A stretch of 64,000 nt of DNA from an uncultured bacterium (lineage in GTDB: Bacteria; Omnitrophota; Omnitrophia; Omnitrophales; Abzuiibacteriaceae), in contig CAYLXA010000001.1 of the NCBI GenBank assembly GCA_964387845.1, positions 128,001 through 192,000 of the forward strand, read 5' to 3'. The translations under genes were made by a program, and so were the position numbers. Of this stretch, positions 38,901-47,416 are shown in pieces; positions within the stretch are counted from its first letter, which is position 1; each line of letters opens with the position of its first letter. The notes beneath the pieces are model-generated. The model did not search any database and had not been told where the DNA came from. It worked only from the letters and a program-made list of their open reading frames with translations.

Positions 38901-41900
38901 GTCAAAAGCTGGTCGAAGCGCCGGTTGTGAACCAGATAAAATAGCGGCGGATAGGCACCATGCTCCAAATCAACTTGGCCAACCACATAGTCAAAGAAAT
39001 CTTTGACTGCTTTTTTTGCATCATTGTTGCCGAGCCGCATCATCACACTGTCTTTTTGCTTGACTAGTCTCTGCGTCAACAATTCTTCAATTTCAAATAA
39101 GCGCTGGCCCATCTCGGCCAAGTCGATTTCCAGTTTGCTCCATCCGCTATTTCCGATATCGCCCGATTTGGTTCGGAGTTCGGATCTTTCCGCAGGTTGT
39201 TTTTGATTATCAAACTCGGCGGTCAATTTAAACGATCTAGCATGTTCGGCGTCGAATGCTTCGAGCATCGGGTCGGCGTATTCGAAAAGCCAGCTAAAAT
39301 CTTTTTCTGCCTCGGGAGTTTTAAAACCAAAGTCTTCTGTAAAAATAGAGAAATCAACCTCAGGCCGGCCGCTCAATAAAAATGTAAGACTAAGCGGATT
39401 TTCTATCTCACGATTACCGTTGATTTCGTCCAGCCATGCTTGAAATAATGCGGCTAGGCGTATTTTCCTTTTATCCAAACTGCCGTCCGGACGCATGATA
39501 TGCCTTAAATTCTTCAGTTCGTTTGCAACCGCTTCGCGCCGCTCTTCGTCTGAAAATGATTGAATATAATCATCAAAGTTGCCGGGTGGCCCGATCTCCT
39601 TCAGAACTGCTTCTGCCAATACTACGAATTGCTCATAATGAGGCTGGGTGGCATACACAACATAACGCCGAAACCAATCCTTCATTTTGGGATCTTGATA
39701 ATAATCAAGAAGCCTTTTCATCGAAGGATCCTTTTGAGCCGACTCATAAAATGTCTCCCCTTTAAGGATCATCTTCCTGTTCAGGTCTTGGTCGAATCGA
39801 TAGCTGCCGTCCGGCTGTATCGCCAAACTAATATTGTTGCGGTGAATCTGCCGATATTTTTTAAATTGCACTGCCCGGGGATTATTCGTTTTTTCGGGAT
39901 AATGAATGAATTTTGCCACATTAATAAAGTACCGAATATTCATCAGCCGGAATTTTCTGGGAAGCCAAGCTGTATAATCATAATCGATGGCAGCCAAGGC
40001 ACTGTTGGGTTCGTCCTTAGATTGCGGCGCCTTCATCAGAACAATTTCAAAGGGTTTCAGCAAAGACCGCCCGTTCAGAGTCACTTCATTGCCGATTGCC
40101 AAACGGGACCCTTTGCTAATCAAACTGATAAATTCCCGGATCAAATTGCGATCCTCTTCGGTTTCGGCATATTTCAGATCTTGATCCAGGATAAAGCGAA
40201 GTTCTTCCGCCAGTCTGTCCATTTTCTCCGAATTCCCCGGCGGAACCCGGAGCGCAAACTGATCAAGCTTGCTGAAGCCAATAGACAAATCGACTGGATC
40301 ATACGGAACTTGCGGTGCCGGATCTTCAAATAGGCGATATTGCAAATCCCGCTTAAACCACCGGACAACGGGGAAATAATAAAATAATGCGGCAATCATC
40401 GATAGCACAGACCCAAAAACCGAGGCCCAAACTATCCGCTTCTTCAGAATTTGCCGTTTTGCATGCTTAAGCCGCTTCTGGCGCTCAAGCAGATTATTCA
40501 AAGCTTGTTTAGCAAGTGAAACGATGTGATGATCGCTATCCTCCGGGCCGAATTCAAACTGAATAACTTGCCCGCGCTTTGTTTCAAGTGCCGCGTATCC
40601 GGATTTTCCATTCTCAGGCAAAAGCACAAACGGTTTTTCCCATGGCCCATGGAAAACAAACGGCTCTTCGTTCGGTAATCTGAGAATCAATTTCTCAATC
40701 TCCCCGGGCCGTTCGGCTTGGCGCCTTTCTTCATCCAATCGTTGTTCGTTATTCCGCCAATCCCTTTTTATTTGCTGAACTTTTCCTAACGCGTCCGCCC
40801 TTTTGGCAGCCGTGGTCTCATCATCATGGAGCACATTTTGGTATTCTGTGTGGCCGAACAGTTTTGTCAGCAAATGATCACGGGATTGAGCGGTCGGAAG
40901 GCCATAAACAACCTCCGCCACGTGAAGCACTCCGCTTTCAATTGCGCTCCGGAGCGAATTTAACTTTGATGGCGTAGCATCAAGCTCTTTTCCTCTCGCC
41001 GGAATTAGATGAAACGGCAAATGACTTTTCCCGGAATCTAAGAATAAACTGATAGATCGTAGTTTTTTTCCGTTTAATTCAATTTCTTTTTTAAAGTTAA
41101 TTTGAATAGTTGATGGCTTGCCAGAATGATCCACGATGATTCGAGTGTGGCTGGAAAAATCGTTCGCCACACCGATAATTGTGTCGGCTATTTCTTTTTC
41201 AGGAACGAGCGGCCGAAAACCTAAATGAGTCCATATTTGAATAATACGTGGATCACGACTTTCGCCTTCTAATTTTAGAACGCTTCCGTTCTTAGACGAT
41301 AATTGATTCTGTGCTATGAATTCGATTTTGCCGTGAAGTTTATGATTCAACCTCGTTGGGTCTATGGTTTCAAGCCGCACCACTTCAGTGCTTGCGCGAA
41401 GCTCTGATCGCGGCGTAGTTTGATTAGTTGCAATTCTGGTAAAGACGAGATAATGCCAATAGCGCCCTGATTTGTAAAAAGCCGGGATGGCGCGCGATCC
41501 TGTAGAACTTTGCCATTCTTCAGGATGAATAAATTCGCGAAATGCTTTTAATATGGAATCGCCCGCTCCATCAAAATCGAACTCTAGCTCGTCAAAGGGG
41601 TACTCAAAAGTAATTTGGCCGCCCTCCGGAATCCTGGCAATTAACTGCCGAAACCACTCTTGCGAGAGCGAATCGACGTAGCGGTCGATATTTCCAAAAC
41701 GGACATGACGATAAGCCGGCTCTTGAAATAACAAGGCGGGATCCCGGATATCAACCCGGCGGATTTCTATTTGGTCACCGAGACGTAAGAATTTTTTGGC
41801 TCGTTTCGAAAAAGCCTCCACGAAAAACGAGCGGTCTGAGAAAATAAAATGATCATCACCGCTGATTTGTTTAAAAAAGTTCACGGCGTTGGTTCCTGAA

Positions 41901-44900
41901 GCCAGATCCAAAACCGGCAGTCTTCTTAATTTTGGATCATTTGAGTTCAAATAAACCGGCACTTCGTCGTCAAAATGTTTCGCCGAAAATGCCATCACGG
42001 CTGCAAACTCGCCTAACTTCTGCAAAAATAATCTTGCTTCGGGTAAATTTTCAAGATAAGCACGCTCCGAAAATTGAATGACTCTCTCTAATTCATCGTA
42101 AATATATTCAAAATCAGAAAACATTGGAAGCGATCGCACAACTTCCGGCCAAAACGTATCAAAATTCAAATAGTAATGATATTGAAATATCATTTGAGCC
42201 AAATATCCGTTGGCTTGCCGAAGGATTCGGCCACGCAAATCTTTGTAATCCTCGATTCCGAACTTTTCTAAAAGCTCGGTGGGCCACGGCTTTGAAACTC
42301 TACGGCTGCTGATTTGATGAAAAACGTGCAAGCTCAAAAACCCGACGGTAGAAGCAACTACAACCGGCCACATCAAGCTACGAAGCTCAGAACGAATCCA
42401 TTTATCCGATAAGTCATGCTGGATTTCGCGGAACTGTTCGCGCCATTGAATCAGCTCGGCGTTTCGTTTGCGTGCATCATCCGCAATTGCTTGAAGCGGT
42501 TTTGGCACCATGCTTTGAACATAATATTGAATATCCAATTGAGCAAACCAGTTCCCAAAACGATATCTTTCACCATCCGGAATTTGACTCAGGTTAAAGT
42601 TTTCATGTTTTAATTTGGAAATAGCGAGCTGCCCTGCCAAGCGAGTCGATAAAGCTCCTGAAAAATAAAGCTGGAGCAACTTTGTTAAATGAAAAAAGTA
42701 AACAAAGTTAAGCCCATTGTTGCCAAATAAAACAGGGTCAAATGCAAACGCATCCTCTCCGCCTTTTTCAGGCCTAAAGTAGAGATCGATTAAGTTCGAA
42801 TTAAAAGAAGCATCTTTGACGTGGGTTATTCCGATTTCCCGCCATATACGCACATCCAGATCACCAATTCCCAACGCGTGGCGTAAACTTCCAAATAAAT
42901 AAACTCGCGGATATAAATCCGATTCAGAATAGCTTTCTTTAGCGCGTACAAAATCGAGTGCCTTTTTCAACTCATCAACCAAAAGAATTGAATTTTGAAA
43001 ATGTTCTAAATTAGTATAAGGATGCGTCAGGTGAAAATACAGCCGATGAAGCATATTGTGGACAAAACTCACGCCATTGATTTCTTCAAAAAGCCGGAGA
43101 TCTGCGGGAAGCACTCTTAGGCGTGGAGACTTTTCTTTGTTCCAACTGCGGATCAGCTGTTCAATCTCAGAATTGATTTGGATGTAGTTTTCTGATGCGC
43201 CCGATTCGAGATCTGGTTTGGCTAGGTCTTTTGATAACTGGAATAACTGATCCTCCATCGACATAATTTTCATGAAAAAATCAAAATCATCATCTGTTAA
43301 AGATCTATGGATGCTTTTCTGAATTTGCTTCAGAAAATAAATCGTATTGTCGAGGAGAATTTTGTGCGCTGCATCCTGCGGTATGTCAAAATGATCGAAC
43401 ATTTTTTGCGCCATTTTTTCAGCGGTTGGATAGAAAAGCGGCTGACCCAATTCATTCATTCTGAGTTCAGAACGGCGAGCAGTCTTCAAGAAACCTGATG
43501 CACCTGCCAACACTTTGCCTGCTTCAGGTAAACTTAATCTTCGAAGGAGCAATGGTTTCACGTTCTTCGCGGCTTTTCGTCTAGCGACTAAATACAAGAC
43601 ACCTTCAAATTCGGTTGCCGCCTCTTTTAAAGTCAGTTCTCGAAGCGGTCCGTCAATACCGTACTTTTCCCAACTCGCGCTTCGGCTTAAGGGGAGGCCA
43701 AAAACCTGAACGTCGATGTTTCGCCGTCTGAAGAGATTGACTAATTCGGCATTTGTCTTGACGCCGCGCGGATTAAGGCTGGATTTGGTTGCGTAAAGCA
43801 GTACGGAATTTTGAACAACGACCGAAGCGCCCGGGCTCATATTTGCCAAAACTTCTCCCGCAACTTTTTGAGCATCAACGTAATTCAATAAATTTGAAAT
43901 GACAATGGTGTCAAATTGAGAATATAAATGCGGCGGACTTAGCTGAGAAGAAGGCTTGCCCTCACGAAGAACCAAATCGATTGCATGGCGATCCTCCGGG
44001 CTCATACTCTCGATCCGCTCAACATCCGCCCGCACAGTCAAAACGTTACCCTTCTGCTCAATATCCTTGGGTGGGCGGAGAGCAAGCGCCACGATTTTTT
44101 TCTTTGGATACATTACAGCTGACAAAGGATTGCCCCCATCCCCCAATTCTAAAATTCGATCCCCTAAACCGCCGGATCGTTCTAACGCTGAGAAAACAGT
44201 TGCTAAATCGCCTCGAAATGTGACATCTTCGTCCCTATAAAAATTCCGCCATAGAAATTCACGGCCGAGATTGGTCAATTCCAGCTCAGAGGTCTTGCCC
44301 ACCACACTGCCTTGAAACACGGACGACAAAGACACAGCCGCTCGATTGCCGTCCTGCATCTGTAAACTTAAATTTCCCTCAAAAGAAGAAGCGTGGATGG
44401 TTATTTTGATTGTTTTTTTATTCTCATCGTCAAATTCCAGAAAATAACTTTCGCTCAAACTTCCTCCGGTTGCGATTTTTTTCGAAAAAGGTTTTTCCTT
44501 GGTATAAAAAGAAATGTTTTTTTGAATCAGGCGGACAAATTTCTGTACTTCTTCCGGCACATCACCGATGGTTTTGAGATCACCTGTTTTAAAAGTTCCC
44601 TCGGCCGAGCCAACAAAAACGAAACCGGTTTCATACTGCGTAAAAAACTGAAATCGCGAGGCCTTCTCTGCCTGAGTTTCATTGGGAACTACTCGAATGT
44701 TGTACCAATCGCCGCTGACAGGATGATAAACCAATAATAAAAATCCATGGCCATTTAATTCGTCTGCAAAAAATAAGTCGCCAATTCTTGGGTTCTGTGG
44801 ATCGGGCTTTCTTCTGCTTTCAAAACTGCCCAAATAGCCGGCGGCCTGCAGGCGCGCTATCAGACGAATGGCGGCAGGGCTAAATGTTTCGCTTTGTTCG

Positions 44901-45286
44901 CGCAATCTTTCATCGGATAGGGCCCTAAAAATAAATTGACGCTTGTCGGTTCTTCGCCGGTAACGCGCAATAGAAAAGTCTTTTAAAAATTCATCAGCCG
45001 TGAGCGCTTTGCCGTTATATTTTTTAAGAAATCTGGAAAGTCTTTCAACGTCTTTCTTTAAAATGGAAATCCGCGAAGCCTGGTTTGCCAGCGCGCTTGT
45101 CCGCAATTCAGAACGGACAATAGCCGGATTTAAGTTCCGGAAGGAACGGCTCTTTAAATAACTTGCGGCTTTTTGAAAGAAGGCGGTGGCAGACGGAATA
45201 TCACTGTACGCAATGGTGCTTGTGAAGGTAAAACTCAGCAGGGTTGTGAGGGCAATGGTTTTGAATAAAGCGGACTTTAATTTCAC
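35933..45286 (-). CDS. 3117-aa giant secreted/membrane protein with seven RSELR/KSELR motifs and two Rossmann/methyltransferase-like motif-I regions
   Basis: Single uninterrupted ORF. Signal peptide MKLKSALFKTIALTTLLSFTFTSTIAYS. Two central hydrophobic helices (LMWPVVVASTVGFLSLHVF; IVWASVFGSVLSMIAALFYYFPVV). ILELGDGGNP and VLDLASGTNAV resemble SAM-MTase motif I. Confidence 0.85.
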   Translation of the reverse strand: MKLKSALFKTIALTTLLSFTFTSTIAYSDIPSATAFFQKAASYLKSRSFRNLNPAIVRSELRTSALANQASRISILKKDVERLSRFLKKYNGKALTADEFLKDFSIARYRRRTDKRQFIFRALSDERLREQSETFSPAAIRLIARLQAAGYLGSFESRRKPDPQNPRIGDLFFADELNGHGFLLLVYHPVSGDWYNIRVVPNETQAEKASRFQFFTQYETGFVFVGSAEGTFKTGDLKTIGDVPEEVQKFVRLIQKNISFYTKEKPFSKKIATGGSLSESYFLEFDDENKKTIKITIHASSFEGNLSLQMQDGNRAAVSLSSVFQGSVVGKTSELELTNLGREFLWRNFYRDEDVTFRGDLATVFSALERSGGLGDRILELGDGGNPLSAVMYPKKKIVALALRPPKDIEQKGNVLTVRADVERIESMSPEDRHAIDLVLREGKPSSQLSPPHLYSQFDTIVISNLLNYVDAQKVAGEVLANMSPGASVVVQNSVLLYATKSSLNPRGVKTNAELVNLFRRRNIDVQVFGLPLSRSASWEKYGIDGPLRELTLKEAATEFEGVLYLVARRKAAKNVKPLLLRRLSLPEAGKVLAGASGFLKTARRSELRMNELGQPLFYPTAEKMAQKMFDHFDIPQDAAHKILLDNTIYFLKQIQKSIHRSLTDDDFDFFMKIMSMEDQLFQLSKDLAKPDLESGASENYIQINSEIEQLIRSWNKEKSPRLRVLPADLRLFEEINGVSFVHNMLHRLYFHLTHPYTNLEHFQNSILLVDELKKALDFVRAKESYSESDLYPRVYLFGSLRHALGIGDLDVRIWREIGITHVKDASFNSNLIDLYFRPEKGGEDAFAFDPVLFGNNGLNFVYFFHLTKLLQLYFSGALSTRLAGQLAISKLKHENFNLSQIPDGERYRFGNWFAQLDIQYYVQSMVPKPLQAIADDARKRNAELIQWREQFREIQHDLSDKWIRSELRSLMWPVVVASTVGFLSLHVFHQISSRRVSKPWPTELLEKFGIEDYKDLRGRILRQANGYLAQMIFQYHYYLNFDTFWPEVVRSLPMFSDFEYIYDELERVIQFSERAYLENLPEARLFLQKLGEFAAVMAFSAKHFDDEVPVYLNSNDPKLRRLPVLDLASGTNAVNFFKQISGDDHFIFSDRSFFVEAFSKRAKKFLRLGDQIEIRRVDIRDPALLFQEPAYRHVRFGNIDRYVDSLSQEWFRQLIARIPEGGQITFEYPFDELEFDFDGAGDSILKAFREFIHPEEWQSSTGSRAIPAFYKSGRYWHYLVFTRIATNQTTPRSELRASTEVVRLETIDPTRLNHKLHGKIEFIAQNQLSSKNGSVLKLEGESRDPRIIQIWTHLGFRPLVPEKEIADTIIGVANDFSSHTRIIVDHSGKPSTIQINFKKEIELNGKKLRSISLFLDSGKSHLPFHLIPARGKELDATPSKLNSLRSAIESGVLHVAEVVYGLPTAQSRDHLLTKLFGHTEYQNVLHDDETTAAKRADALGKVQQIKRDWRNNEQRLDEERRQAERPGEIEKLILRLPNEEPFVFHGPWEKPFVLLPENGKSGYAALETKRGQVIQFEFGPEDSDHHIVSLAKQALNNLLERQKRLKHAKRQILKKRIVWASVFGSVLSMIAALFYYFPVVRWFKRDLQYRLFEDPAPQVPYDPVDLSIGFSKLDQFALRVPPGNSEKMDRLAEELRFILDQDLKYAETEEDRNLIREFISLISKGSRLAIGNEVTLNGRSLLKPFEIVLMKAPQSKDEPNSALAAIDYDYTAWLPRKFRLMNIRYFINVAKFIHYPEKTNNPRAVQFKKYRQIHRNNISLAIQPDGSYRFDQDLNRKMILKGETFYESAQKDPSMKRLLDYYQDPKMKDWFRRYVVYATQPHYEQFVVLAEAVLKEIGPPGNFDDYIQSFSDEERREAVANELKNLRHIMRPDGSLDKRKIRLAALFQAWLDEINGNREIENPLSLTFLLSGRPEVDFSIFTEDFGFKTPEAEKDFSWLFEYADPMLEAFDAEHARSFKLTAEFDNQKQPAERSELRTKSGDIGNSGWSKLEIDLAEMGQRLFEIEELLTQRLVKQKDSVMMRLGNNDAKKAVKDFFDYVVGQVDLEHGAYPPLFYLVHNRRFDQLLTQAISAAGTYHYISVADGFRSELETIQTELARTPEKLNTYFQTDIFHELVSLAMRFHYSERNGQPLDPMDKLIAAAAKYLLAGMRQYQGRFIHLAIRQFQVGQLLKQMIIDPAFKEDDIGFIKIKRVQKTNTVEIYYLDSDAQRDVIKSEKFKLEKQDAFYFLTLLQFFTQQIDINRGNVDQIGSFILADPKNPNRKLIFKVEALANEINDLSIEVSNYKKRNNAQNGSAGGQRSELRALSQLLIEMGKRSDELKKFLEEDFREGLDPIEIINPDDPETENKVGLTMDQEGQFLRAVGKMRYLTASGLAYDEVRSLLEDAKNLFEDFRDKSPLFRQLGHLLTLLVLSEVDADELLDPGKFHGLLERFDKLDMKRLTQSRTMTERERLELKGAQFALWIMNRDQGRFLLSIASNHETPLPYSKLVQSYVLKPVFKLKQAKSVRLIRNGAVVTVIVSKDSDSKISARHFTAKPAGNALHFFTLVKLIAKDVAIERQRAGSDYGTFVLNDASESLEFKVRVIPTKNPAQEEVLITIENRSELRGHEDGRLNDVIPEPDGLLLKKLLSFADNDQVFLDNAAALAQKSAQGAALLFGILGPHLRHDHRIGTDELDIQLMPILIKGFLPSLKEFLKDPVQNRQKILEYGSALINGLLFVPNKTAASHGAEFFKQNDFPVDAFGLEAYREILQDISENLDNDPSQDFLSIVRQIAALFPEVFLGPEIPIFLRHQGEAQGEIDAEQLADFNKQNQTNFTLWQYVTGQASEYYRRVAEKEEKFTESYEHEFQKIYTYLVKGDGAKSELRFDHLNPFDGLEMHIETMESSVREAARQIDADPGLFLTPELRNYLNRTFEISGDSNQDLHLKRGVILMDILTREAGTVTPLLVRYYKAQGYEVAVVSDGAAAVSFQADERMKVFQYPDQAAHYLKKKLQVGFIQALGLKEDRGIALAMKNRGVIDDESSADDIRGLFNIVKFSSELRAEFQNAHELIIKA

Positions 45287-45476
45287 GAAATGTAAAACGC
45301 TCCCTTACGCGAAGATTTATTGAGCTAAAGTGTAGCACTTTATCCTTATATTTTCAATATAATAGGTAATTTAATTTATATAAAATGTATTTAATAGTTC
45401 TATATAGTACTATAAAAATATAAGCTGAAATTTAAGTGTTGAATCAAAAAAACAAGGCGCGATATACTTTTTTGCT

Positions 45477-46547
45477 ATGGACCATACGCATCATCAAAAA
45501 ACAAACGGATCTGAATGCTGCCATCATTCGGAGCAGGCTCGCCGGAAAGCGCCGTGGTATCACAATAAGCTGACAATCATTTTGCTAGGCACTGCCCTGC
45601 TTTATGGCGTGTCTTTTATTTTTCAGCCTCTTCTTGCATTTCGCGAGTCATTTGACAGTTATTTGAAAATCATCGCCATTCCGATGCTCATTGGGCTTCT
45701 CTTGGGCGGCGTGATCGATTACTACATCCCGCAGGAATATGTCTCAAAATATTTAGCACGCACCACGAAACGCACTGTTTTTTACGCAACAGGCCTCGGA
45801 TTTCTGATGAGCGCCTGCAGCCACGGTATTTTGGCACTTTCCATGGAACTTCATAAAAAAGGCGCATCAGGCCCTGCGGTTGTGAGCTTTCTTTTAGCAA
45901 GCCCGTGGGCCAATTTGCCGGTCACTTTTCTTTTGATCGGATTTTTCGGGTGGAAAGGGTTTTTGATTATCTTGGCCGCATTTCTAGTTGCGATTACCAC
46001 AGGTCTCGCGCTTCAACTTTTAGACAGTCGGGGCCTGATTGAAAAGAACCGGCATACTTCTGCGGTGAACTCGGAATTTTCAATTTTGAAAGATATGAAA
46101 CGGAGATTTTCCGAATATGAGTGGACTTTCTCCAATTTATCCAAGGACCTGCGCGGCATCGGAAAAGGCTCTTGGGAGCTTTCGGAAATGATTTTATGGT
46201 GGATTTTAATCGGACTGATTCTCGCGAGCCTGACATCTGCGTTTGTGCCGCACGGAATTTTCCAGAAATATTTCGGGCCGACCTTGCTTGGCTTAGTGGC
46301 TACTTTGCTTTTGGCCACTATTTTTGAAGTTTGCTCGGAAGGCACATCGCCTTTGGCGTTTGAAATTTATAAACAAACGGGCGCATTCGGCAACGCGTTT
46401 GTTTTCTTAATGGGCGGCGTGGTAACGGATTACACCGAAATCGGGCTTTTGTGGATTAATCTTGGAAAACGAACTGCGCTTTGGACACTGGCGTTATCAA
46501 TTCCGCAGGTGTTTTTGATTGGCTGGGCGCTCAATATACTTTTCTAG
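45477..46547 (+). CDS. predicted permease (DUF318-like multi-TM protein) with a Cys/His-rich N-terminus
   Basis: 356 aa with ~8 TM segments. N-terminal CCHH cluster. Confidence 0.6.
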   Translation: MDHTHHQKTNGSECCHHSEQARRKAPWYHNKLTIILLGTALLYGVSFIFQPLLAFRESFDSYLKIIAIPMLIGLLLGGVIDYYIPQEYVSKYLARTTKRTVFYATGLGFLMSACSHGILALSMELHKKGASGPAVVSFLLASPWANLPVTFLLIGFFGWKGFLIILAAFLVAITTGLALQLLDSRGLIEKNRHTSAVNSEFSILKDMKRRFSEYEWTFSNLSKDLRGIGKGSWELSEMILWWILIGLILASLTSAFVPHGIFQKYFGPTLLGLVATLLLATIFEVCSEGTSPLAFEIYKQTGAFGNAFVFLMGGVVTDYTEIGLLWINLGKRTALWTLALSIPQVFLIGWALNILF

Positions 46548-47416
46548 CCGATCCGGAGCCGGACGGTTTCCTGTTTACCGTCTTTCTCGATCACAATGCT
46601 GGTGGGCTTAATTTCAATGATCTTCGTATGGCCCACTTGATCGCCGGGGCGCCAGATTTTTCCATTAATCAAAACAACCGGGTCGGAAGCATCATACATA
46701 ATGCCTTCCAGCACTAAATCTTCATGAGGCGCAGATTCAGCCCATGTCTTGAAAGGATTACGGCCGAATTCCCGGAACCGTGTCTTGCCTGCTTTTCGCA
46801 ATTCAACCGACAATTGGCCTTGATCCATATAAATCAGCTTTTCGTCATTCTCCGGAACAAAAACGGATACCGTCAGTGGCCCCCGGAGAAAATCGCTTTC
46901 GGGATTAGGCGGTGAAAACCGGAATTCGTCAACCCGCATGACGGCTTGATCCAACTTTCCCAGTTGTGAAAGAAATAGCGCGACATCCTGATAACTACCG
47001 CGGATCGTCATATCGATCGGAATCCGCGATAAATTCGGAAGCAGTTTTTTCTCGCTTTCATTTAAATCGGTTTTTGCCCTGGGTGAAATAGAATCAAATT
47101 GCACATTAAAGCGTTTGCCGGTGCTTGTGATTTGTTCGATGTAGGTCGCAACATTATTTCCTGACGTAAACTTAGCGAGCTCTTCTTTTAATTCTGCATT
47201 CGCGGCGGGTTCATTCAGCCGGTCCAATTGCCAGACTTCCTCGCGGTAATGATCCAGCTGGCGGCGGGTCTCGTAATAACCACTTTTTGCCTTGTCCACG
47301 CGAAGCGCCATAACACCGACTAGTGCAAGCATCGCGCACCCGATGACGCCGATAGCGCTCATTGGAATATGCTTGTGCCCGATTTTGATATCAATTTTCA
47401 TGTCTGAAAACTTCAA
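46544..47416 (-). CDS. fused PilO-like / PilP-like pilus assembly protein
   Basis: TM helix, then a coiled coil, then a PilO-type block (IDMTIRGSYQDVALFLSQLGKLDQAVMRVDEF). The C-terminus has a PilP/GspC-like beta-domain (VLINGKIWRPGDQVGHTKIIEIKPTSIVI). Confidence 0.5.
   Translation of the reverse strand: MKFSDMKIDIKIGHKHIPMSAIGVIGCAMLALVGVMALRVDKAKSGYYETRRQLDHYREEVWQLDRLNEPAANAELKEELAKFTSGNNVATYIEQITSTGKRFNVQFDSISPRAKTDLNESEKKLLPNLSRIPIDMTIRGSYQDVALFLSQLGKLDQAVMRVDEFRFSPPNPESDFLRGPLTVSVFVPENDEKLIYMDQGQLSVELRKAGKTRFREFGRNPFKTWAESAPHEDLVLEGIMYDASDPVVLINGKIWRPGDQVGHTKIIEIKPTSIVIEKDGKQETVRLRIG

Noticed and set aside
39560-40333. 257-aa plus-strand ORF, and many other 60-125-aa ORFs, lying antisense or out of frame inside the giant genes, cusA, nrfA, the SDR gene and the HK gene.
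   Set aside because: They are contained within long genes that carry strong homology signals. They are low-complexity, and they are expected by chance in 9-kb genes. Examples are 12511..12888, 23431..23970, 26531..27025 and 57181..57636.
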